The notes: a model not told the origin generated them from the sequence alone. DNA of 63,989 nucleotides, filler included, from Fonticula-like sp. SCN 57-25 (GCA_001724245.1; 8 parts of 8 records of this genome joined end to end with filler, not necessarily neighbours in it), one strand, 5' to 3'; shown: positions 38,240-49,444, counted from the first letter of the whole stretch. Translations and numbers: made by a program.

Positions 38240-39133
38240 CTAAATGTTGTGCAGTGGCTTTACTGCGGCAAACTTTGAGAGCCCGACGCGCCTGAATGTC
38301 GGGCCGTTGCCGAGGATCTTGACGCCACCGAGCCCGACGGACGCGCCCGTCGACGCGCCCGCCGCCGCCGCGGGCCTCGCCATCACGCGGACGGCGGGCC
38401 GGCTGCCCGCGTCCGCCTGGCTCTTCTTGGCCGCCGCCGCCTTGGGGGCCGCCTTGCCCTTTGGCGCCGCCTTGCCCTTGGGCTCGGCCTTTTTCGCCGC
38501 CGCCTTGCCCTTGCCCTTCTTCTTGGGGGCGTCGTCGTCCTCATCGTCATCTTCAAAGGCGCTGCCGTCGTCGCTTTCGTCGTCTTCGTCGTCGTCGTCG
38601 CCGCCGTCGATAAAGTCGTCCTCTTCGGGATCGGCATCGTCATCGTCAACGCCGCCAGCGTTAAAGTCGTCCTCGTCGCTGGCCTTGGCGACGTCCAGCT
38701 CGTCCTCGTCGTCGCCAGCGGCTGCAGCGGCCGCCTTTGCGGTCGGCTTGCGCTGGCGGCCGGCAGTCTTGGGGGCGGGCGAGGCATCGCCGCCAGATGC
38801 CTTGGCGCGGCTGCGCGCAGCGGGCTTCTTCCTGGAGGAGAGAAGGAAAGTGTGAGGGATAGGCAACGAAGAGGAAAGAGCGCGCACTTGGTGTCGTCGG
38901 ATGAAGCGGGCTTCTTTACGGGGCTGCCTTCAAAGTCCGTGTCCTCTGCGGCGAGAACTCTGTTAGCGCGCGGGATGCCGGGCATGACCGAGGGGGTACG
39001 CACTGTCGCCGGCTTCGTCGTCGTCGTCCAGCTGGTAGTTGATCGACTTGCGCTTGCTGAGCATAACGTGTAAGAAAAGCAAACTAGGGCACCAGGGCGG
39101 GCGGCCGGCGTACCGTGCTGTGCGTTCGGTCAT
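38240..39133 (-). CDS. RAD51AP1/NUCKS1-like intrinsically disordered protein; 3 exons plus terminal exon
   Basis: Spliced N-terminus MTERTARKRKSINYQLDDDE, acidic and Lys-rich middle, C-terminal RRVGLSKFAAVKPLH. Confidence 0.6.
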
Positions 39134-39381
39134 GATGCGTTTCAGATGCGGTGCGGGCGGGAGAGAGAGGCCGGCGGGCGTCGCGGGTGAGTGGCGCCAA
39201 TGGAGCGATTTTCGAATTTCCCGCCATCGTGGATCCGGATTGATCGATCGCGATCGAGCGGAATTGTGTCAACAAGCGTCAGGTGGTTTGCCGTATCTTC
39301 GCAATTGCGCGCGCGCGGGAAGATTCTAAGATCAGTGCGGGCGCTTGAGGCTGAGAGCGAGGTTTATACAGATACAACACA

Positions 39382-40972
39382 ATGAGGCTAAAGTGCTTGA
39401 CCGGGCAAGAGATTCGGTGCGCTTTGTTTTACTTTTCCACTTTCGTCTCTAATGCCTTGCCGTTGCAGAGTTCTGTCGGTACGAGAGGATGTGTCGTACG
39501 AGGAGCTCCGTGAGAAGCTGGAGGACATGTTTGAGAGCCGGTTACAGATCAGCTTCCGCGACGATGAGGACGATCTCGTCACGATCAAGAGCGAGTACGA
39601 GCTCCAGGAGGCCCTTAATAATGCGCGCAGCAGCTCTGATGCCAATCGGAGTGTTCGCCTCGTGCTCCAGCGCGTGAGCACGCGCAATCCGCTCCCACAA
39701 GGTGCGCCGCGCGATTCTATTGACATCCATATGCTAAAAGGGACGCAAACTGACATTTGGTTGGCAGAATTCCTTCATGCGTACCAGTCGCCCGTCTCTG
39801 CCACGAACTCGCTTGCCGGATCCTCTGGCACTCTGAGCGGCGGGGGATCGACGCCGACCCTGACCAGCGCCGTGCCTCTCCCGCAGCTCTCCGGCAGCGC
39901 GCCTACCCTGTCGTCCAGCAACGGCGCTCTCCACGGCGGCGAGTCTCTCGAGTCTTTCCCCGGCGTTGCCGGCGGCGGCCAGCCCCCGATCGAGTACCAG
40001 CGCGGCGAGATGATCGGCCAGGGCGCCTTTGGCGAAGTGTACGTCGCGCTCAACAGCCGCACGGGCGCGATGCTCGCCGTAAAAGACATCCGCATGACCG
40101 CGCTCGGGGCCGACGTGACCAAGGCGGCGGACGCCTTCAAGCAGGAGATCAACACATTCACGACGCTGCAGCACCCGCACCTGATCAGGTACCTCGGGCT
40201 CGAAGTCACCGACTCGGCGTTTAGCATTCTCATGGAGTACGCGCCGGGCGGGTCGCTGTCGTCGCTCGTGAGCAAGTTTGGGCCGCTCACGGAGCCCGTC
40301 GTCATGCGCTACACGAGGCAAGTCCTTTTGGGTCTCGAATTTTTACACTATAACCGCATCGTGCACCGGTGCGCCAATGGCTCAATTTCCCGCCATTTTT
40401 TGCTCACAATATGCGCTTTAACAAATTTATAGAGACATTAAGGGCGCGAATATTTTGTTGGACGCGCGCGGGAATGCCAAGCTGGCTGACTTTGGCGCGG
40501 CCACACGGTTGCAGTCGCTCACGAACGCGTCAATGCTAAAGTCTGTCAAGGGAACGCCGTACTGGATGGCGCCAGAGGTCATTCAGCAGTCGGGACACGG
40601 TCGCAAGTCGGACATTTGGTACGCATTTCGACTCTTTATGACGTATTTGTATGTATGGTTTTCGCTGACAATGGGCGTGCAGGAGTCTTGGTTGCACCAT
40701 CATCGAGATGCTGACGGGATCGCCGCCGTGGTCGCACCTCGAGCCGATGTCGGCGCTCTTTCACATAGGCACGACGACGCAGCCGCCGCCATTCCCGCCA
40801 AATATCGGTCGCGCCACTGTTGCTTTCCTCGAGTTGTGTTTCCAGCGGTACGATACATTGAATTGTTTCCTTTGTTGCTCACATGGCAACCGTGTGCAGC
40901 GTGCCAGAGAGCAGACCGGGGGCCGACGTGCTTTTGCTTCACGAGTTTCTTCGCGACGCTCCGTCTGCGTGA
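39382..40972 (+). CDS. PB1-domain MAP3K (MEKK2/3-like architecture), multi-exon
   Basis: PB1 [71 protein letters not shown]. Confidence 0.9.
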
Positions 40973-41066
40973 GGCGCTCCTTTTCGACTGCTTTTGATTG
41001 TGCTGTTGTATTATAATATCGCCTGTGTTTACAAATGATCTGCAACGAATCCATACATACAAAAGT

Positions 41067-41331
41067 TTACGACGGCGGTGCCGCCTCCTCAGCGGGCTGC
41101 TCCGGGGCGGCGGGGGCGGCTTCAGTAGGCGCCGGCGGCTCTGTGGGCGCGGGCGTGGCCTCGCGCTCGGCCTTGTACTCGGCCTCGCTCTTGAGCTGCT
41201 GCACGGTCTGCTGCGGCTTGAGCTTCATGATGGCAATATACCCTTCGCCGTCCGCCTATCCTCAACAGGTTAGAATGCCGCTATGGAGCAACAGTATGCA
41301 TGCGAAAGAGCGCACCCTTGTGGAGAGCAGC
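41067..41331 (-). CDS. 3' partial gene, possibly ABITRAM/FAM206A-like
   Basis: ADGEGYIAIMKLK..LKSEAEY resembles the FAM206A C-terminus EGYIAVVLPK..LLTQKQY. Confidence 0.4.
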
Positions 41332-41431
41332 NNNNNNNNNNNNNNNNNNNNNNNNNNNNNNNNNNNNNNNNNNNNTTAATTAATTAANNNNNNNNNNNNN
41401 NNNNNNNNNNNNNNNNNNNNNNNNNNNNNNN

Positions 41432-43537
41432 ATGATTGTGACGAGGTGGTCGCCCGAGCGCCGTATTGTGTCAATCATCTCGCGCTGCTCTTCCGACACG
41501 TCGGTCGTCCGCAGCACATCCGCCATGGCAACGACGGCGTACATTGGCGTGCGGATTTCGTGCGACATGACGGCAAGGAACTGGTAGCGGTGCGCGGCAT
41601 TGTCGGCTTCTTCGCGCGCGCGTTTGAGCGCCTCGTTTTGCTCTGTCAGCTGTTTTTGCCGCGCGTCGGCGACTTCGACAAGCCGCGCCTGCGAAAGCGC
41701 CATTTCTGTCTGCGAGCCGACATCGTCAATCAGGTTGAGCAGCACTGTGGCAGGCATGTCGGCAGAGCCTTCTGTGAGGAGAACGCCAAAGACCTGCTCG
41801 GAAAGGCGGACGCGGCGCGCAATGAGGTGCGTCGCAGAGTCAGTGTCGGGCGGTGGGCGGTGACCCATAAGGCGCCACGATCCCATCCTAAGGCACAGTG
41901 GCATCATGTTAGTCATACAAAAAAGGCAAAAAGACGGACCTCTGGTCCAGCAGCATGGCGCTCTCGCTCTGCAAAATCTCTGCAATCAGCTCGTCGTTCA
42001 TTGACACTGTCACTGGCTGCACGCCTTGGTCGGTCACCGTGTACAAGTCGTCGCTGTTGACGCTGCCGCGCGCCGCGGTCGCCGATGCAGACGCCGACGA
42101 CGAACCGGCCGCCGCGCGCTGCTCCTTCTTGCGCCTCCCGACGCGCATGAGCGGTACGCGCGCGTCGGTATCGGCAACGGCACTCCCGCCCGCGTCGGCG
42201 CCGTCGCCCTCGTCGTCGCTCTCAAAGTAGAGCAATTCTTCGCTTGACGAGCTGGCGCCGCCGTGCGCCGCCACTTCGAGCTCGTTCTGCGCGAGCATGC
42301 TGTGCGCCGGCGCGCCGCTGCTTCTGAGCACGCGCCGCGCGACGTACTTGCTCGACAGCGAAACCGACGTTGAGCCGCCGGCGAGCGCCTCGGGCACGAG
42401 AATGATGCACGTCTCCATGCGCAGCGTGCGGCACACTTCCATGGACGTCTTGCGGCAAATGACCTCAGAGTCGAGCGTCCGCCGAATGTTGAAGCTCATC
42501 TCGCGCAGGACGCCGAGCAGCTTGTACTGCTGCTGCATGAGGTTGTCGCGCAGAATGCGGCGGTCGAGGTCGAGCGTCAGCTGGTGCGCGCGGATGGGCA
42601 GGCCGAGGGCCTTTGGGATGATGCGGATCAGCACGACAGAGGTGAGCATTGAGACGACCGCCGTCGATATTTTGGACGCAATGTGGATGGTCTGCGCGGT
42701 GGAAGAGTGGAACCAGTGCGTCGGGATGGACAGAAAGTGCGTCAGGCCGCATAGCGTGATGAAGCAGATGAAAAGAGACAGGACAAGCTGGAACGATGCG
42801 CTTTGTGCAGGGAAGAAAAAGTCAGTAAAAAAACCAAAAAAGAGACGAAAAAAGACGGAAAAAAATGAAAGCGTACGTATTTGTCGTCGGCAGACGCATG
42901 CGGACGGTAAAGTACAGCAGCTGCATCGGAATAGAAAAGTACGCCAGCGAAATCATAATGTCGGCGATGATGACGAGCCACAGTTGCGTGGGATCTGCCA
43001 GGGAAGAGTTAATGGCGGCGGAATCAAGGAAAGGAGCCGAGCGCGGCGTACGAAAAGGAACCGTGCATATTCCGCTGCCCTCGTAGGTACGGATGCCCTC
43101 GTGGGGCGGGTACCTGTGCTGCTCGCCGTCCAACTCAAACTTGTAAAAGTACTCGCGGCAACTGTTGGACTCGCCGAGGAACACTAACAGGGATCATCAG
43201 CACACGTCGGCAAAAGAGGGGCCTAAAAGGCGCGCGCACAGCTCCCCGACGCTATCCCTGACGTAGGCTCGACTGTGAGCGCGAACGACAACGTAGGGCC
43301 TCCATTAAAGATGACCTCGACGTCAATGTCGTTCGACTGCCCGCCGAGATAAAACTCGATGGAGAGCTCGCCAGCCTCTGTCACCCCCAGCGAATGCTGG
43401 ACGGCCGTAACAGCCGACCCGCTCGCGCCCACCGCGCAAAAGAGCAGCACCAACGCCGCCACTATTAGCGTGCTGCGCGCCACCGGCCCTCTCCTTCCCA
43501 GCCTCGGCCGCCTCCTACACTCACTCAACCTACCCAT
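41432..43537 (-). CDS. ETR1-like ethylene receptor histidine kinase with N-terminal extension, 3' truncated by contig end
   Basis: ADIMISLAYFSIPMQLLYF, FICFITLCGLTHF, SKISTAVVSMLTSVVLIRIIP (ethylene-binding domain); GAF start NIRRTLDSEVICRKT; H-box FLAVMSHEIRTPM. Confidence 0.92.
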
Positions 43538-44074
43538 GATCAAACAGGCGCTTCGCGCGCGCTCTCTATCTCGGACCCGCCAGTATGCTGCTGCTGCTTT
43601 CAAGGGGAAAGAGCGTGCAAACGTCGCTTATAAAGGGCGACTGGAAAGGACAAGAGACCCGAAACGGCACAGCCCCTGTCTCCTCCCTGCCGTCGCGCCC
43701 ACGAGCACCGTATCAATCGGTCGTTGTTTACGTTTCGGAATTCATATACGCCGTGACGTCATTGGTCGGTGGGATCGACGAGCACGAAGGCCGAGGCTTG
43801 ACTCGGCGTCGGACGGCGCGGCAGCCAATCGCGTGCGCTGTTCGATTATGGCTCAAAAGGAGTGATGCCCCTATCAAGGGATCCGATTTGGACCCTGTTT
43901 CAGCGTTATTGTACGATTCATAGTGACTTTGGTTGCGGGGGGCCAGAGGCCAAAGTGAACAGTGGTCGTAAAGGGAAAAGTATCGTAATCGCCTCATGTT
44001 TTTTTATCTTTCACTACATCGAACGCTCTGGCGAGGATATACAAAGCGCGGCCGGTTTTTGCAAGGGAGTTGAC

Positions 44075-45389
44075 TTAGATGTGGGACACCTGCCAGACAC
44101 GGATGAGGTTGTCGGTGTGGCCAGAGAAGAGGAACTGGCCATCGGCCGACCAGGCGAGGGAGATGCACTGGGGGGTGAGCGAGTGCTTGCCGAGGTTCTC
44201 GAACTCCATCTTGAGCTCATCGACGACGTTCTTGCTCTCGAGATCCTGTAAAACCAAATTGTGATTAGAAAAAGTGAAAAAGAGCCACAAATGTCTAGCG
44301 TACCCAGATCTTGATGGTGGAGCCAGTGGCAGCGCAGAGCCAGTAGCGGTTGGGCGAGAAGCAGAGAGCATTGATCTCCTCTCCGGCCTCGAGCGAGTAG
44401 AGGTGGCGACGGTCATTGAGGTCCCAGAGCATGGTGACGCCGTCCTTGCCGCCCGAAGCGCAGAGCGAGCCGTCGGGGGAGACGCTGACGGTGTTCACGT
44501 TGCCGTTGTGGCCCTTGTGCACCGTGCGGAGCTTGCAGTTGCTGAGGTTCCAGACCTATAGGGACATATCGTCAGAACACTCCATCTGCAAAAAAAAAAA
44601 ACGCACCTTGACGGTCTTGTCCCAGGAGCCCGAAACGATGAGGGGGTTGGCAGTGTTGGGGGAGAAGCGAACGGCCGAGACCCAGTCGCTGTGACCCTCC
44701 TCAGTGATGGTGTACTTGCACTCACCGAGGGTGTTCCACAGCTTGATGGTGCGGTCGCGAGCGCCCGACACGATCTGGCGGTTGTCCTGCGAGAACGAAA
44801 CGCTGAGGACATCGGCAGTGTGGCCAACGAACTGGCGGGTGGTGGTGCCAGCGTTAAGGTCCCAGAGGCGGAGGGTCTTGTCTGTAAATGCGGGAAAACA
44901 AATCTGATTTAGTACGCAGGAATACATCGAGCAGCACGCTGCGCATGCCACCAGGCCGGATCGCAGCGTGCTGTGGAAATTCAGGCAATTAAAACGCACC
45001 CCACGACGCGGTCAGGGCGAACTGGCCGTCCGAGGAGACCACGACATCAGAGATGAAGTGGTTGTGGCCCTTGAGCGCCTTCTTGGCGTAACCGTACTCG
45101 ACGCCATCGCGGGTAAGGTGCCAGATCATCAGCGTCTTGTCTGAGCTTCCCGTTAGCAACATGCACAAGAGAAGCGAAAGAGGAGCCTCGCGGATGGCGG
45201 ATGGCGAGCTCTCCGCCATCGGCGGGACCGCCCGAGGATGGATGCCGCCATCTGCCATCCGCTCCGCATCCGTGACGTACCGCGGGAGCCCGAGAGCAAA
45301 ACATCGGGGTTCTCGCTGGACGTGGCAATCGAGGTGACCCAGCCAGAGTGGCCCTTGAGCACACCGCGCAGCGTAAGTGTCTCCGCCAT
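44075..45389 (-). CDS. RACK1: RACK1 (Asc1/Cpc2), multi-exon
   Basis: [72 protein letters not shown]. Confidence 0.98.
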
Positions 45390-45575
45390 TATGACCTGCT
45401 GCCTCTACGTGGGGGATGCAGGAGGGAGATGAGAGGCCGAACCTGCAAGGTGATGCGTTCCGGATGAACCAAACCGGGTGGTACAAAAAGCGTCCCCCCG
45501 ATCCACAAGCCTGTCACAGGTTGTAAAATCCGGTTTCCATAAATTTTCTTTTTCGGGTCTCGATTGTTGTATTGG

Positions 45576-45649
45576 GTTCAAATGGTGTAGAAGGTTATCA
45601 CGGCTGTCTCACACACAGCAGGTCCCAGGTTCGAGTCCTGGTTTGAACA
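45576..45649 (+). tRNA. tRNA-Val (CAC), copy 1
   Basis: GTTCAAA/TTTGAAC acceptor, GCTGT-CTCACAC-ACAGC anticodon arm, CCAGG-TTCGAGT-CCTGG T-arm, downstream T-run. Confidence 0.95.
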
Positions 45650-46059
45650 TCCATAACTTTTTTTGTTTTTTGGTGGTAACTGCAACATCGCGTCGTCGTC
45701 TTGCCATGACATTGTGCAAGTAACATTACTCTTTTGACGAACAGGACAACGCGGCTTTGAGTTTGCGAAGCTGCTCTCCTCGCGATCAGGAAACCGCACA
45801 GATGCGATCATCACGACACACCATTTTCAGATTTTCGTCTCATCATAATTTTTTGTGAAACATGAGCGATCGAGAAACTCGATCAATCTCGATCATTGGA
45901 TGAGACGATTTCGGACTCGAATGTCTGCGAATGGCAGGCGAATGGTGACACAAGATGGTGACACAAGGCGGGGACGCACCAAGGACGGCGGCAGCGGGGA
46001 TGCACCACGAACGGCGGCTATGTTGATAAAAGGACAGCGGCAATGGTGACACAAGAACG

Positions 46060-46552
46060 ATGGCGGAGGACGACCTCCCCGATGTGCGCGTGCACTGGTC
46101 AATCGGCGGCGCCCCAGACTTTGATGACTTTTTCGAGATCGACCGGTGGGCGGATGTCCGCGAAATCATTCGCCGACGTCGCCCTGACCCAAAGCCCGGC
46201 CCTCACGACATTCAAGTACGCTCCCGCTTTTCGCGCGCACGTCGACCTATGGCTGACATGTGCGCCAATTTGTGTGTCGTAGCTTTTTAGGAATGGCGCA
46301 CAAGTTAATCCCTTTGATGCCGTCGAGGCTGGTGCATGTTTGACGGTCTGGATTGACCCAGAGCCTGCTGCCATTGATCGTAGGCGACCTGTTGTGCGCA
46401 CTTTTGCCCCCGATATTGCTCGCTAACAATGGGCTCTAGCGCATGGCAACCCGTCGGCCCCTCGCCCCTTTGCAGCACACAATGTGCAGGAGGCCTTAGA
46501 CACTTACCTTTTTGTTATGGGAGACAAAGAACGCCGCCATTCCGAGATCTGA
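46060..46552 (+). CDS. Small orphan protein (putative ubiquitin-like/Crinkler-type header), 2-3 exons, possibly truncated
   Basis: Intron 46216-46282 (GTACGC..CTGAC..TAG) and probable intron 46380-46439 (CTAAC branch); DIQ|LFRNG...LTVWIDPEP. Confidence 0.45.
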
Positions 46553-46978
46553 ACAACCATCTTCGCCAACAGCGCCGCTTTGCTTTGTGCCACCTGCGAC
46601 AAAGATGGAGCTTTTAGAACAAACGTAGTATTCCTTTCTTTAAAAATTACGGTCGCTCTTTGAAGCCCTAATAGGGTATTATATATCATCACCATGCATC
46701 TTTGACATCACTGCGATTGTATCTTCAACACCTTTCGAATCTAAAACACCAATGTAGACAATGATTATTCTTCCCGCCTGACCCCCATCCTCCACACAAA
46801 AGCATATAAAATGATAGAAAAACAGCTTAGTATGCTACTGTCAAGAGAACGCCGTCACTAGACCCAACTACGACAAGCATGCGCGAATCTGCGGCGCACC
46901 ATGCCGCGCGCTGCACAGCTGGCAAAGTTTGCTCTCGGCCGTAATGTTCAATTGTCATTTTCATCCAATAATTGGTAT

Positions 46979-47052
46979 GTTCAAATGGTGTAGAAGGTTA
47001 TCACGGCTGTCTCACACACAGCAGGTCCCAGGTTCGAGTCCTGGTTTGAACA
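46979..47052 (+). tRNA. tRNA-Val (CAC), copy 2
   Basis: Identical to 45576-45649; downstream T-run. Confidence 0.95.
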
Positions 47053-47206
47053 GCTCAAATTTTTTGATTTTTTTTTGGATGGAATCAACGAGTCGTATAA
47101 CTTTTTATTCGCAGTTTCCTCTTCTTTCTTGCTTTTAATGTCGCCCACAACACATAAAAGCTGCATTTCACTATATATTTACTCATACAGATACCAAAAG
47201 TGTGCC

Positions 47207-48319
47207 CTAATTATTTTTCGGCTTGAAAGTCTTGACCGTGTTGTCAAAAAAGGCCGTGACGATGGCGAGGACGATAAAGATGATTGGCGAGATGAGCGCC
47301 TCAAAAAACACGTTGCCTCGTGGCGCAGTCCCGTTGGCCTGTACCCTCATGAGATCCGTAAGCGCATCGACGGCGATGTGAAAGATCCCCCTGTCGATGC
47401 CGTCAAAGAGCCCCTTGGCGCAGTCGCTCGGCTCGAGCAAGTCGCCGGTACCCTCGATCAGCTTAGTGATCTCTGGCTTGAGCTTGTTCTCGGCCTCGAG
47501 CCCTTCGGTCTTCATGGTGGGCGGCAAAAAGTGGTGCACAGAGATGCCGTGCGGCACGAGCTCGTTGCGGAGCGTCTCTGCGTACGCTGCGCAGGAAAAT
47601 ATGCGTGAGACACGGGATCGTGGTGCGGCGCGAGCGTACACTTGAGAGCCGCCTTGGTGGGCGCGTACGGCGCGTAACCCGCAAAGGCGCACACCGCCAT
47701 GGTCGAGCTCACGATGACGATCTTGCCGCGCCTCTTGCCATCGACCATGCCGCGAATCGTCTCCTGCAGATCGCGCGCGCGTGTTAGCATTTCTTTCCCA
47801 CTTTTCCCGCTCAAGCAAAGCACGCACCTGGACGGCATACACTGTGCCGAGGTAGTTGAGCCGCATCTGCTTCTCAAACACGTCCGACGCAACGTCGGTG
47901 ACGAGACCCGGCAGAGCCGCGCCAGCGCACGCGATCGTCACGTCGAGCGGCCCCGTCTTTTCGCGCGCCTCGGCCACCGCGGCCACCACCGACGCGTGGT
48001 CCGTCACGTCGCACGACAGCGACAGGAATCGCTGGCCGGCATCGGCACGAGCACCCTCGAGCGCCTCCAGCGTCTCCTTGAGCGCGGCGGGCTGGCGGGC
48101 GAGGATCGTCACGCTCGCACCGCGCCGCGCAGCGAGAATCGCCACCTCGCGGCCGAGGCCCTTGCTCCCACCAGTCACCAGGACATGCTTGCCGCGCCAC
48201 TGGAAGCGCGGGCCAAGGCGGCGGTACGCAAAGAGGCCGAGCGACAACAGGATCTGCAGGCCAACAGCGCCGACGGCCACATACCCAACAACCCACACGA
48301 TCTTGTCCCACACGTCCAT
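47207..48319 (-). CDS. KDSR: 3-ketodihydrosphingosine reductase (KDSR/Tsc10), multi-exon
   Basis: HVLVTGGSKGLG, MRLNYLGTVY, GYAPYAPTKAAL, ENKLKPEITKLIEG. Confidence 0.92.
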   Translation of the reverse strand: MDVWDKIVWVVGYVAVGAVGLQILLSLGLFAYRRLGPRFQWRGKHVLVTGGSKGLGREVAILAARRGASVTILARQPAALKETLEALEGARADAGQRFLSLSCDVTDHASVVAAVAEAREKTGPLDVTIACAGAALPGLVTDVASDVFEKQMRLNYLGTVYAVQVRALLEREKWERNANTRARSAGDDSRHGRWQEARQDRHRELDHGGVRLCGLRAVRAHQGGSQVYARAAPRSRVSRIFSCAAYAETLRNELVPHGISVHHFLPPTMKTEGLEAENKLKPEITKLIEGTGDLLEPSDCAKGLFDGIDRGIFHIAVDALTDLMRVQANGTAPRGNVFFEALISPIIFIVLAIVTAFFDNTVKTFKPKNN

Positions 48320-48447
48320 CGCTTTAAACGGGCAAAAAGAAAGCGACCTTCTTTTACTGATGCAAAGGCGTGCGCTGCGATGCCCCGCCTTCCCCTGCCA
48401 AGCGTCAAGGAAACGACAAAAAGAAGAAACCAACTGCTATCTTTCGC

Positions 48448-48521
48448 TGCCCACACCCGGGATCGAACCGGGGACCTCCAGTTTACGAGACTGGCGCTCT
48501 ACCACTGAGCTATACAAGAGC
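48448..48521 (-). tRNA. tRNA-Thr (CGT) with irregular acceptor stem
   Basis: TAGCTCAGTGGTAGAGC D-arm, CCAGT-CTCGTAA-ACTGG, CCCGG-TTCGATC-CCGGG; 5' strand GCTCTTGTA versus 3' TGTGGGC-A. Confidence 0.85.
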
Positions 48522-48924
48522 GTTGAAGCCGAACAATCAGTTAAAAACCCATCACAATAGTGACATTGCAAATTGGTACTGCATTGAAATGGAATACCTA
48601 TGTATAACTAGCATGAAACACGCGTAAAACAAGCGTGAACGTGTGTACAATAGTGCCATGCTATCATGCAATCTAGTTCTAGTTTGCATGGACTTTGTTC
48701 ATATTCACTTTCAGGCGTGAAACTTTTCGATTCCCATCCCATCCCAGCATCAGCATCACGGACATTCACGGCTCATCCCATCATATTGGCAGAAGAGTTG
48801 TGACGAGCGACGAAAAGCGACAATACAAAACGGTAAATATAACCAACGGGACCGCCCGCACAAGAAGAAAAAAAAAAGCAAACGCAACCAACACTCTTTC
48901 CCGCCACTTTACTCTTCATCTCGC

Positions 48925-49444
48925 TCACTGCGCATGGCGCAAGATCGCGGCGAGCGTCGCCTGGAACGGCGCCGCGAGGTGCGTCGCCGTCGTCCTGAGC
49001 GCCGAGAGCGCCGCGTGCGCACCCAGGTTGAACGAAACCTCGACGAAAAAGCTGGCGCGGTCCGGCAGCGTGCGCGCAAAGCAGTACAAAATCTGCCTGC
49101 CGTCGGCCTCGCGCTCGGCCACGGTAAACACGTTATTGAGCTGCAGCTTGTGCTTGAACGCGGCCACGTTATTTGCGCGCAGGCCGCTCACCTCGGCGCG
49201 GTTCTCAAGGTGGTCGGGGATCTCGCGCCACATGCGCAGGTAGTCGTTGCGGTCAACGGCAGCGTCCTCGACAAAGAGCACGTGCAGCGGGACGGGCGTC
49301 GAAAAGTAGAAAACAGAGACATTGTTCTTGAGGGCGATCTGCAGAGTGTCGCCGCGCGTGACGACGGCGCCCGTCGTGAGGAGGAGAATGGAAGTGCTCA
49401 CGGACTGGCCGGGCATCAGAGGGGAGTGCACCTCAAGGGGGGAC
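48925..49444 (-). CDS. AP-1/AP-2 beta-adaptin appendage, 3' partial
   Basis: LQIALKNNVSVFYF, FVED..DRNDYLRMWREIP, KLQLNNVFTVAER. Confidence 0.92.
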
